From Ramazzottius varieornatus (taxonomy: Eukaryota; Animalia; Tardigrada): 64,000 nt of DNA. The stretch spans positions 434,001 through 498,000 of the forward strand of contig BDGG01000008.1 in NCBI GenBank assembly GCA_001949185.1, written 5' to 3'. Made by a program: the position numbers and the translations under genes. Shown piece by piece: positions 22,344-35,100 of this stretch. The notes under the pieces are model-generated. The model did not search any database, had not been told where the DNA came from, and was given only the letters and a program-made list of their open reading frames with translations. Position 1 is the stretch's first letter. Each line of letters opens with the position of its first letter.

Positions 22344-24741
22344 CTATCGCGGTACTAATCTTGGTCGGTCCACATACTGCAGTCCGTTCTTGTGAATGAC
22401 TCCGGTGGTCACCACGAAAGCCCCAAACCAGATAGCGAACCAACTAAGTCGAGTAGTAAAGTCTGTTTCCGCCGGGTATAAAACACAAAGGGCGCCCATG
22501 GCAGCTGCAAATAGATCAAAGACCAGCAGAGTATTCCAAAAGAAGCCCCGGTGGGAGGCCAGCGGGCAGGGCTTGGTGGCTCCTTCTTCCGTCTCCACGA
22601 TATAGTTACCCAAGAACAGATCAATGGCGTCTTGACGGAAACCATCCATAAAGTTGTTTTTCACCCATCGCTGAGCACTGTTGATGCCATCACGAGCCAC
22701 ACCGTAATAGTTACGGCGACCAAAACGGGTGAAGTCGCTTTTTAGGGCACCTGTTCCTGCGTACTGTGTTGAGATGACGTCCCCGTTATCTGCCCAGATG
22801 TTTCTGAACGTGGAAAGGGAAGTTGGGTCGTCATCCAACTTTTCTTCTGGACCGAACAGACCGAAGAACCGAAGCTGATCTGTCAGTGCTCGTTTGGCGA
22901 TCATACCCTAAAATTCAAAAAAATAAGTGATTTTGGCTTGTTAGTACGAACATTCAACTGATCGGAGCTGGGCAAACAAACTCGAAAGAAGACGGTTTTT
23001 CCAAGCGGCGCACGTTTTCAGTGTTGCTGGCTCGAGGTGTGCGCCACTTTGGAAAAGAATTTGGACGAGTTTTCTGCCCAGCTTCCAAATTCCATTATAG
23101 ATATCGACTATTTCTGGACTTTCTTCCCCCCGTTTTTACTGCAGTTTTTATGTTTAACCCACCTGAACGACGTTGGTTCGGTCCAAGCAGTCCATGCAGC
23201 TCGTTCTGAAGATACCATTTTGGACCTGTCGCAGCTGTTCGCCCGGCGCAGGTTTCACAAAGAACCCCTGCTTGAGTCTTTCTGGTTCTATTTGATCCAT
23301 GAGGATGCTGAGACGCTCCCACTTCATGTTTTTCGTCTGTGCGTGGAAGTCAAAGGCAACGAAGGTGATGTTGGGATGACCAGACAGCTTGATGGCGTCG
23401 CGAACGACAGCTCCCACTATCTCTTCTCGTCCCCGATGGTTCACCAGCACAACAACAGTCTGGTCTCCGTACAAGACGATCTGTTCCTGGAAATGAGCTT
23501 GCAGGGCTTGCAGATGGTCGTGCTCAACATTCACACGAGGCTTTGGAAGATATCTGGAAAAAAAGACATGAAGCCGAACTATTGAGCAAAGATCGTCAGT
23601 CGGCCACAGCGAATAAGTCGGTTACCCAAGAAATTTACCGTATATGGCGCCTGTGAGTTCAAGGGTGGTCGACTCACCCCCTTTGGCTTCCAAATCGGAC
23701 AAACATGAGATACTACTGAACTAACTGAAAATTCCAGATATTTTCGAAGAGGAAGCTTTCCTTACGTCAAATCTGGTCTCTGGGACCAGTAAATCGGGGC
23801 AGATCCTCGACTCTGAACATAGCTGACAAGCTGACCACGGTAAATCAGGACAGCTTCTGATTCGACGTAGTTCGCCACGGCGCCCGTCTGGTCGATACCG
23901 CGAGTGTACAGTCGAACTCCAGCACGCCAGGTGCTTCGACGGCTGATGATTACGTATTCCACATCATTATTGTGTATATTCATTTTCTGGATCCCCACGA
24001 AACCCTGAACCAAAGGCAGTAAGTACCGACTCAGATTCTCCGAGCTGGAAGCGGTGAAGTTGAGCAACAAATGGCGATTCCATACAAAACGTCGGTCCGC
24101 TCGGCGAAAGAGCGAATCCTGAATAAAAACAAAGGTCCTCGAATACGAACTTAATAGTGGTTTCTTGTGACGGAAGGATCAACGCAATTTACTCGAAGCA
24201 CTTGTGGATCGCTAATCATGGCCAAGCGCTGGAACGAATGTGTCAGATCAAAGCTGGACGAGAAATACATCCCAGGTGTTCTCAGCACTGTCTCGATCAT
24301 CGACTTGTACACCGCATTGTACTCCAGCTGTTTCGCGTTGAGGAAGAGTAGGTTCTTGGTGTAGGGAAACAGCTCGGCGGAAGTCAGCTTCCATATAGTG
24401 TGTCCACGTACATCTCCCACACGTTCCCGTCCTGTCACCACCACGAGATACCAACCTCCGATTAGATGAATTCTGCCGAGTATCCCAAAGACAATCTTGA
24501 CCTGTAAAGAGTAGGATGTACACTAATGTATCAATTGGGTTGGGCGGGTACCCACTTCCGCTGCTCCCGGAGCAGGCAATATGCCAGGAATCTGGAAGGA
24601 AGTTTCTTGGGTGACTCTGTCGATGACAAGCACTTCGTTGACATCGGCGTCCAAAGGCTCAATATACATTTTATCATTTGTGACATGGAGGTGATAGGTC
24701 TCGTAAATTCGAAGATCAGCAGCAACCGCGGAAGACGTCAT
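22344..24741 (-). CDS. SACM1L: SAC1 phosphatidylinositol-4-phosphate phosphatase, multi-exon
   Basis: ISRRSTWRAGVRLYTRGID, ANYVESE, QSRGSAPIYWSQ, FDFH, catalytic RTSCMDCLDRTNVVQ (CX5RT), QYAGTGALKSDFTR, and two C-terminal TM helices. Confidence 0.95.
22964..23086. mobile_element. Palindromic intronic element copy (SAC1 last intron)
   Basis: GGAGCTGGGCAAACAAACTCG..TTTTCCAAGCGGCGCAC-N25-GTGCGCCACTTTGGAAAA..CGAGTTTTCTGCCCAGCTTCC. Confidence 0.85.
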
Positions 24742-26275
24742 TTTCTGCAAAAACAGTGTTAGTAAGGAGGCGAATAAGACTGAACCAAATCCACGCATTT
24801 AGGATCTGCACGGCAAGACGGAATAGCGGAACCTTAGAACAGCCTCCACCAAAGCTCACATGGGAGCCTGAGAAGTAAATTAGATCAGCAGCTTGCGCTT
24901 CCGAGGAAGGAAGATTCGAAGAAGACTCAGAAGAGAATCAAGAGACTCGGAAGAAAATCTGGCCAAAAATTCAAAGAAGTCGACTAGAACTTTTCGAAGG
25001 GACCGGGGGTATATTGCTTGACGCAAGTTCATTATAGCCATTCGCTCGATCATTTGATTGGTGATTTTTAGGTATAACGGTGACCGGTCATTGGGGAAAT
25101 TCAGTCGAGGGGCAAGGGGGGGCGTCAAATTTGCCAGATTTTGTTGTGATTTTTGACGTCGTCGAGATCTCGACGTGCTTTCACTGCTTCACAAAACGTT
25201 TACGCCACTTCAGGTTTTCAAACTCGCACCTTTCTACTCATTCGAACTCTGGATGGTATGGCAGGATGTAGGACACACGAGGATCCTGGAGTCCGTCCGA
25301 AAGCCTTATCCGCTGAGCTCTTCCATTAAAACGCTGGTGTGCTGTACGGGGAAACACAGAAGCACGTCAAACATCTTTGGAACCGCAGTGCGAAGAACCG
25401 CGTGGGCGTGAGTACTACAAAAGATCTCTTCGATATGGAATTGGCCTACAAGACCCGCGGCTTCAAGCTCCGTACATAACGTATCTATGACACAAGTGTT
25501 TAGTTTTTACAGAGACATTCAGTCCAAGGCACTGGGTCAGAAGAGCAGCAGTTGTCCCGGACGGATGCTTCTCGTCGTTGGCACCGACATATGCTCACTT
25601 ATGAAAAATCATCGCACCCTGCGGAACGCATCCGCAACAGTATCGACTTTTACCGGGACGACTTATCCGGAAAGGGAAAACAGCGGAGGAGGATAATACA
25701 CCTGTCGAACTTATCGACCCATGAGTCGTACTAACCGCAAGATCGACGAGCCTTGGCTTGTCCTTAGTCGATCACGGTGGATGCTATGGATTCGGCGAAA
25801 CAAGCACTCAGATACATTACGTAAATATCGGAGGGCCGTTGAGGGTGTGATGGATGTTCATTTGATCCTCTTTAGTATGCATCGAGTAGGGAGGCTGGTG
25901 CGGGACCCTGAAAGGAGCAAATGTAAACAAGAGGAGTGCGTTCCATTAATTTTCCTCCATTTGACAATACTATGAAGGCTGCGCCACTTACAGTGCATTA
26001 GTCCACAGAAGCCTTCCTCCAAGTTCGGGTTACCTTCGTGCTCCAGAGACACTGCGAAAAAGCTTATGGTTCGCAGTTTGCAGCTTATTTTATTCATGTT
26101 TCTCTGCATACCCTAATCGTCAGCGAAGGTTCTCGATCTAGTTCGCCACGAACTCCTGCCCTCAAATCTTTGAAACTTTTCTAGCTTCGGTCTGGATATA
26201 CAACCTCTCACAATACTTCTCTTCCACGGAACCTGTTATATTTCTAACATGTGACTGCCTAATATACACGCCGTA

Positions 26276-29200
26276 ATGGACTATTTTGGCTTTGGATGGA
26301 TCTTCGTCTTATCTTTTTTGCTAAACAATATTCTTGTCGCTCATGGACAGAATATTTCTGCTGGAAGTCCAGGTCCGAACTAACTTCACAACTCAGTCCT
26401 CATCGTAGGCTGGAATAGGTCTCTTTTTCTGCTGCAGTGGCCTGGTCACTACTTCAGTAGGGTCCGCTGTAAATCATCTGTTGTTTCGTTTTCTGTAGGT
26501 GTCTCGTCCATTTCGGTCACTAATTCGCCATCGACATCGGCGGCGGACCCGTTGTTCGATACGAGGGACTCCAATGTAACTCGTGGGACGACTGTCGTTC
26601 CTACCAGACAAACGGCATACCCAGTCCGAATAACACCGCCTCCGAATCCTACTGCCCGAACGCTGCTAGTGTGCAAGCTAATTGAAAGGAGTCGTGGCGA
26701 TCGTTCACTGTTTTACGACTATGACAGGGTGTCATCCGCCATCGACATTGCCGTTGATTACGCTAATAAGCAGCTGTTGCTGAATGGTTATCAGATAACG
26801 ACCTACTATCAGGACATCGGCCGGACCTGCACGAAGAAAAATGACGTGGTTAAATACGCATTGGAAACATTCACGAACGGTGTCAACTGCAACGCGTACC
26901 TGGGACCAGGTAAGCTACTGCTCGGAATCTGATACAAGTTTTTGAAATTCGGAAAAACTTAGGCGGTCGTTGAAAATTCAAACTGTTTCGGTAAACTTCA
27001 GACCAAAATCTGCGTGGATTTTCGTTCATTCGGAGTTTCGTATAATCACTGCCAAACGAATGAATATAGTCCCAAGTATTGGGTCAACCTTTCGGCTTCC
27101 GGGGCGCAATCCGGATATACAGCAGTTTTCTCACAGCTTTTTTAACTCTGTAGGAGAGCGGCAAAGTAAACGTGTAAGATTGTTACGTCGAGCGGCGCAC
27201 GCTTTCGGCCAATAACGCCGAAAACGTGCGCCACTTAACGGCTCGTTTGCCGGCCTCCCATGAGTTTCTACCTATTGTTTTTCTTAGGATGTGGATACAG
27301 CGCAGACAGTCTATACAACCTGGCTGAATACATGCAGACTCCCATGATGGCTTGTCCTGCAGCGGGGTTCGGCACTGCGGCTGCTCGAGAAGCGTACTTC
27401 ATGACGACTCGGACCAGTTTCACCCACAAGGATGTGGTCAACATGCTGCTGAGGTTTTTCGATCTCTACTCTTACAAACACGCGACGGTCATCCAGGATG
27501 ACGCCATTAGCTTCTACGAGCAGCTCAGTGTGACTTTTACGACCATCGTACGGGGTACCCGGCAAGACATCTTCTCCACCATGACGCCTGTTCCCATCAG
27601 AAGCTCGGATGCCAACAACGAACTGTACGACCGTATACTGCGCGAAGGCAACTCAACGTCTCGAGGTAAGGACCGTAACTCGATCAAACTTCTGATGGTC
27701 ATTGTGTGATCGTACGTTTTTCTTTCCAGTTTTCGTCATATTCTCCAACGCAAGTGTTGTGCGAACCATCATGGTAAGTCAAGGTATTCACCATTTGCGT
27801 TGTGGAACTTCTGACGTATAATCTCCAAATGCTCTAGATAACGGCGCATCAACTGGGAATGACAGGCGGAGATTACGTGAGTGAAACCTTTTTTCCACTT
27901 GATGAAGATTGTGCGAGTTATCGAGGTCGTGTACTTAGGTTTACATCGGTGTGGAGCTCTTTGATAGTCAAGCGTGGGGCAAATTTACCTGGAGCGTGGG
28001 AGACAGCGGAGATCGGGTAATTTCGTAGCAAAATAAAACTAAACGTATTGGCTCTTGTTAGCAAGTCCCAAATTTAACTTTGTGTAAATTGCAGGAAGCA
28101 AAACAAGCGTTCGAGTGTCTTCTGCTGGTATCCCTGCGTCAGAACCGGAATGACTATTATGACGCTTTCTCAGCCAACGTGAAGCGGCTAGCTCGAACCA
28201 ACCTGAACTACACGTTCGGAGCCTTTGAAGAGGTAAAATTGATCAATAAATTTTGCATGAGGTCGTTATGTAAAATGAAGGATGCTTCGGGTTCCTTCGA
28301 ACAATTCATAATAAGCGGCTAAGCCTTTTTTCTTCGTTCCAGATTGACCCAGTCGTCACCAGCTTTTATGATTCCATCATCCTTTATGCCACCATTGTAA
28401 ACCAAATTATCCGAGCAGGCGGAAATGTTTTCAATGGAGTCCAGATAGCGCGATTGATGAAAGACGTGACCTTCGATAGTCCCGTTAACGGGGAAGTCAG
28501 GATCGACCCGGTTGGCGACCGACAGTTTGACCTGACGATAAAAAGCATGAACCCAGCCACCGGTCGTTTCGAGGTACGAATATCTACATAGAGCATTCCA
28601 GGTATCCTCCAGCGTACTTTTGTCCAAAAATTCGAGGCGATAGTGGGTCCGTTCCTAGGTCTTCTACTCTTACACAGTAATTGGTAATACGATGAACCTG
28701 TCCGGTCCGTTGTACTGGCCCACAAAGAGCTTACCGCCAGATATCCCGCGGTGTGGCTTCCAAGACGAAAACCCCGTCTGTCACCCTCAAGGTATGCAGA
28801 AGGCATTGGCCGCCGTGCCGTGTTTCTTTCGAAGTACACCCTTGTCTTCTGTCGTCTGAAGGGCTTTCCGGAGGGACTTTAGCAGTGGCAATCATCATCC
28901 CGATCATCGCGGTCCTGGTCATTTGTGGCTTGATTGGTTACTTCCTCTTACGGTAGGAGTCTGTTGTCTATCTTTTAATTATACTTTGTTGGCACGGTCC
29001 GAGTATCCGTTTATCACTAGATCGCTCCGAAACGAAGGTTTTGATCCAAACTGGTGGAATGTACCGAACCACGAGCTGGACGTTACTGGAACCAAAGGCG
29101 GAAGTATGGGCAGCCGAGTGGGCAACAGCAAGCGTAGCTTGGTAAGTACGAAAACTATGCCTGGACAAAATTATTGATAGAGTACATGAGCGGAAGTCCA

Positions 29201-32106
29201 TTCTTTACCATAGGGAGACGACAATGCGTCGATAGGAACAAAGCAAACAGACGCAACCTCGACGATGAGCAACATGGCCGGAAGAACAGCAACATGGAAA
29301 GGCAACATGGTCAGCGTCATCGATGTTACGGAAAAACATATCAAGCCCAACCCATTCCTCATTCGAGAATTGAACCAGGTAAGCATACATTGGTGCTGTC
29401 AGTAAAGGTACCATGAATTTCGATTTATTGATGGCCACCGTATTTCATTACAGGTTCGGATAATTAGCCATCAAAATCTTCAACGACTTCTAGGAGTGTC
29501 CATTAGCGATGATGGGTTCTGTGTGTACCTGATCGGGGAACTCTGTCAGAAAGGCTCGTAAGTGATCTGACTTGAGTTGCCCGAGACTCGTGGAATCTCA
29601 GCACCCCGCGAGAGAAATAATCATAGATATACTGGATTGGTCCTCATTGTCAGGTTGATGGACTTGCTAGAGAAAGACAGTCTGAAGCTCGACTGGTCCT
29701 TCAAGAACTCGCTCATAAAGGATATCGTGATGGTAAAGGTTACGGATATTCTTGAAGGTTTCTATCCTGTAATACATCCACAGACAGTATCTGCGACGTT
29801 GTTCGGTGCGTAGGGGATGGCTTTTCTGCACAATAGCGCCATTGAAAGTCACGGAAACCTGACAGCCCATACTTGCCTTGTGGACAGTCGTTTTATGCTG
29901 AAGGTAGGTCGCCGCGATTAAGGTTCTTTGGAGCATGTTAACGTGGTAGATTGTTTCCGCAGGTTACCGACTTTGGCCTTACATCGTTCCGGGAGTCTCG
30001 CGACCTCATGCCTCCCGCCGAAGACCAGGACGATCGCAACTTCGATTTCCTCTTGTGGAGGTCCCCCGAGCTGATGCGGCAGCAAATGCCACCCAAAGGA
30101 TCGCAGGTATATTTGCCATCGTCTGAAGTCCTCCGTACTGGAAATGTATTCATTCGATGCGGTAATTCAACGTTTCTTGTTTATTCACAGAAAGGTAAAC
30201 AGAATGGATTTCTTCCCTCTTCACGGTCATCGTGTATTGAATTACAAGGGTTCTCCGTTCCTGCCATACAGGCGATGTGTACTCCTTCGGCATCCTGTTA
30301 CAGCAGATCATTGTGCGGTCTGCGCCGTTCGATACGGGAGGTGATCACCGGACGGCTAAAGAGCTCGTAATGGAAGTGAGTAATATAAGCGACATGTTCC
30401 GTAATGTTTTCCGCTCGTTGATGAGTATAGATTATTTGACAGATCAAGAAGGGCCTTTCACCGCCATGCCGACCGGTCGTTTCTTCGTCGGCATGCAGTT
30501 CGGAACTCTACAACCTAATGGAACGTTGCTGGGATGAGTACCCAATTGAAAGACCCACCTTCGCAAAGATAAAAGATGGACTGAAAAAAGTCATTGGCAA
30601 TTCCGGCGATAATATTATCGACCACCTGCTGAAACGTATGGAGCAATACGCAAATGACCTGGTGCGTAATTGCTTTTAATTTAGAGTTTCCGTCCTACTT
30701 GACAAATGAAGTAGTTGAAAATAACGTCATGAGGAAGTAGTGAGCGGTAATAATGCAATTTTTGTTATCCGTCCAACAGGAGGCGCAAGTGGCGGAGAAG
30801 ACCCAGCAGTTCATGGAAGAGAAGCGCCGATCTGAGGAACTCCTTAGCCAGCTGTTACCTCGGTACGGGTTGGGCAGCTCTTATTCAGTTAATGACTTAC
30901 AATACATCTTTGGTTGTTCGACTGCGCCATCGTGTTTCACTTGACACACTTCACGTAGATGGATTATGTTATTGTTGCACCTTAGGTCGGTAGCTGAAGC
31001 CTTGACCAGAGGACAAAACGTGGATCCGGAGTCTTACGACAGCGTCACGATATACTTTAGGTATGTTGGTGTGGTCGAGGTTGTCTTCTCACCTCACAAA
31101 TAGAACGATATGCCCGGCTTTGCAGCGATATTGTCGGGTTCACTACCATATCTGCAGCTGGTAAGAAAAAAACATATGTTGAACTTATTCTTGTTATTTC
31201 TTGTCGAACCCGACCTGCCAGCTTCTCTGTCGCTCAAGGGACCCCTCTGGACGTCGTAGGACTGTTAAACAATCTCTACACTATGTTCGACAGTATTCTG
31301 GAAAAGTTCGACGCTTACAAAGTGGAGACGATTGGGGACGCCTATATGGTAAGCCTACCCGGAAGTGGGCTCCATCTGTTACCGAAGGCCTATGGGTGAC
31401 TCTCTACACTCTTGAATTACTGAGTAGGTTGCTTCGGGGTTGCCTGTGAGAAATGGAAACAGACACGCCAGTGAAATCGCCTTAGTGTCGTTACAAATCA
31501 AAAAAGATTTGGATACTTTCAAGATACCCCATCAACCCAATGATAAGCTGCGGCTTAGGATCGGCGTCCACTCAGGATCCTGCGTGGCCGGTAAGAGCTC
31601 TCACCTAATCTGCTATACTAGATTCGATGCGTCGTAAACGTTATAATTATTGCGTTAAAAAGGGATCGTCGGATTGAAAATGCCTCGTTATTGCTTGTAA
31701 GTAACCAGTGGTAATTTAGAAAAAACTGAACTTTAGTCCGTTTTGACGAAATCAAGGCGTGCTCTTCTATATCAGATTCGGAGATACTGTTCAGATCGCC
31801 ATGAAGATGGAGTCCTCGGGAGAACGTGCGTTGTTTGAACAGTTGAAGCGACGCTGTTAAAAGACATTTTACGTTATTTTTTCTTCATGTAGCGATGAAA
31901 ATTCAGTGCAGTTCGGCAGCCAAAGAGCTGTTGGATGACATCGGTGGCTTTCAGCTGCAGGAGCGAGATAGGACGGTGGAATTCAAAGTAAGTCCAAGGC
32001 ATCTTCCGTCTCCGGCCAATTTACAAGTGTCCGTTTAACTACAAGTGTCCGTTTTCAGAATGGGGATATTAAAACCTTTTGGCTGCTGTCAAGCTCCGCG
32101 AAGTAG
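26276..32106 (+). CDS. Receptor-type (membrane) guanylyl cyclase, more than 20 short exons
   Basis: Signal peptide, S/T-rich stalk, ANF-receptor-like ectodomain (AYLGPG|CGYSA), [26 protein letters not shown], pseudokinase HGNL..VTDFGL..LLWRSPE..DVYSFGI, coiled coil, and cyclase [32 protein letters not shown]. Confidence 0.93.
27153..27259. mobile_element. Palindromic intronic element copy (guanylyl cyclase intron)
   Basis: GAGCGGCGCAC-N25-GTGCGCCACTT..GCTCGTTTGCCGGCCTCC. Confidence 0.75.
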
Positions 32107-35100
32107 GCACTTTCTTCCAAATACTCCGCCCTATACATATCGATTGTCCGTCCTGGGGGATGATTCCGGTCCATGCATACGGCAGCACTTCTCTTTCACA
32201 TTTGAGACAATTCTGGTCATGAATCCCTGATTATTTTCGGTGAACGATTTTCCTTTGAGTTTTCAGGTCATCACAATTTTTTACAAAGTTTGCTGATTCA
32301 TGTTGTCCGTGGTTTTGCAATCGTCCCATACGCACGTGCGCGCAGGAAATCCGGGCACACGACCAGTAATAACAGGACTCACCTTTGATTCCGCTAATGG
32401 TTCTGACAAGCTTCGAATCATAGCGGGAATTATGATGTGGCTTTTCATTACATTCTATAAGGGATGTAATGATGTCGAGTGCGTCTTCCAAACGGAAATC
32501 GGATCAACAGCCTTCATTACCTTTATTAGGTAGAGTGCCGTACTTCCCCTGAAAGAAATATAGTTGATGATAGTGGTAATACCGCAGTGAAAAAATAACC
32601 ATCATGCAGTACCCGAATTTCTACTAGACTCCGGAGAATATGATCCAGCGGCTCGCGTTCAGAATGCACGGAAACTTCCGCTAACTGTGTGAGCGATGAA
32701 GCGAACAGGGAAGATGCATCGGCTTCTGGGCGCAAACTCCCGCGCTTCGCCACTTCGTTTCTAGTGGAATCTAGGCCTCGGCGCTTACTCTCTCCATCTT
32801 GCGCCAGAGCCAGATAAGCCGAAAAAGTTGGTCTATTCCAGAGCCGTTTAGCTTGCACCCATATGGGGTTACGAGTAAGAAGTACGCATAATGCAAGGAG
32901 CTCGCCCACTGCGACGAAATTTCTGCGGTTTGTTCTGGATTCTATAGAGCTTGAGATGGATCTTCGTAATGGATTCGGTCTTGCAGTAGGAATATGTCGA
33001 ATAAGGAAGGGGGCAGGGTGTCGCATTTCCGCCAAAGGCCAGCTCACGGAATGAAAGCATCTGGATACCGCTAATGCAAATGGAACCTGCAGGGTGATAC
33101 TCTCACATTTTCCGTTTCTGGTCCGAACGGATGCGCCGCGCAGTGGGTGAGATAACGCTCGAAGGACAAGAACTACTCTTCATCTGTCGGTGACGACAGT
33201 AGCCTTCTGTAGGGTTGTGTCGGCCTAACAATTGCAAACATTGCCGTTCTGTTCGGCAGATGTGCTTACAGCTGTTGCCTCTGTCCATATCTCGCCCCGC
33301 ACAAAATCCGGTATTCGCAATATTTGGCCTTGAGTTTTGATTGTAACATCGACTGCCCTGTGGCTAGTTGTGTGTTGTATATTTCTCCCAGCGGCTTCCA
33401 GCAACAGACCTTCGCATCTATAATCTGGCCAGAGTGACTTCCGGATCAGCCGCCACATTCATCCGTCCTGGCCGCGCGCAACATGTCATTCCTCAACTCG
33501 TGGCAGGTAATGTTGAAATAGAAAGCACTGCAAGGGAAGCTGATAACTAACTCTGAGCTGTTTTCTTTCCACCTTTCAACTCTGTCAATAACCTCAAGAA
33601 AGTTCTGGCCTACCCTACCAGATCTTACACGCTCGAAAACCATTTTGTACTGTCCCGTAATTTATGATAGTGCGAACATTGTGGAGACGTTTTATACTTC
33701 CGCGTGTGTGTATAGCTGCGTTGATTAGCGGACGCTTAACCCAACAAGACTGTCATAGAGCTATCTGCCCAAACTAACCGCGACCCCTGACTTCCTTGTT
33801 TGCTTGGTGGACTTCTGGTCGATTTGCGCACGGTGTGTTACACCGGCCGGTTCGCTTCGAGACAGCCACAGGTCAAGAGAGCGCGTAATTGATTTTAGAA
33901 TGGAAATTTGTCGTGTCGTCGGCCAGTTCGGATCAATTTTAGTCGTGATCAAAAACCTCATGACTGTTTTCCGGAAATGATAGGAAGCTTCTGGGTCCTG
34001 ACGAAAGCTGACTGTGGACCTAGTGTTGTTTTGCAAGGTAAATGCGGCATCAGGTTGTCTAGTATGTCAGATACGAGTTCGAAGTGGACACTGGCCTTCC
34101 AAGCCTGCGGCTGTTTGTATTGGTCTAGCGCCTGCGGTGAGGGCGTGATGTCATGTCGTAAGACAGACAGGGCATAATAGGCCTGAGAAAAGGTGGACAG
34201 GATTCGGAACCTGCCAGGTTGCTTCGCTCACCTTCACGATCAGCGCATCTTTCTTCCACAAGTTTAAACTTCTACCTTCTGACGATACTTCGTAAGAGTG
34301 CCTCTAGTGTCCCTAATCTCCGATCCTAGCTAACGGCCATCTGAGTATTAACTCATCAGAGTCTCCATCACCACATCGCGCGCGCGCGCGCGAAGATCTT
34401 GCGCTGAACTTTTCGAATATAGGAAGGATCCGAAGAAGAAAGATGCATCACGTCCGGAAGATGCAACCGTACTCTCCGTTGGCTTTACGCAAGAACAACG
34501 ACGAGGATAAGGCGCTGGAATGTTCGGGATCATCGATGAAGGACGAAGGAGACTCGGACGAGAAGGTACTGTCACGTCTTTACGAACCATCCTAACATCA
34601 TAGCTAGCATGCCCTTCCAGACGATCAAGATGAGCCACGTCCTGCGCTTCTTCTCTTTGGTGTGATTTCTAGGTGAAATAGTACCGTCGGAATTTGGTCA
34701 TTTTTTCTCAAGGACTGGATGTGTCTTTTGCGTTGTTGGCTTGTTTTGTTTACAGGCAGTTTGACGGTATCAGTACCAGGTACTGAAGACAGAGTTTTTG
34801 GAGTTCGTGCGTACTATAGGCGAAGGCTTCTTTGGGTAATACTGTTCTAATCGGTACGACAGGTTATGCTAGACAAGATTGGTCACTTCGACGTCGAGCT
34901 CTGACGTTATCGATGCGAGGCTGGTTTAAGATCCAGAAAAGGCCACTTTGGTCTCAGCAGGACAGAAGATCCCATCATACCGTACTTCATGATGGTGTCT
35001 CGGAATATCCACCCAAGGCACGAGAAGAAGACAAAAGGAGTAAGAAGTGTCGAACAGACACTGGGCGAAGAGAGCAAGGGGAACTCTGCAGTCTTGTGTG

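Noticed and set aside
34377-34392. (CG)8 run with Z-DNA potential
   Set aside because: A single short tract with no supporting context.
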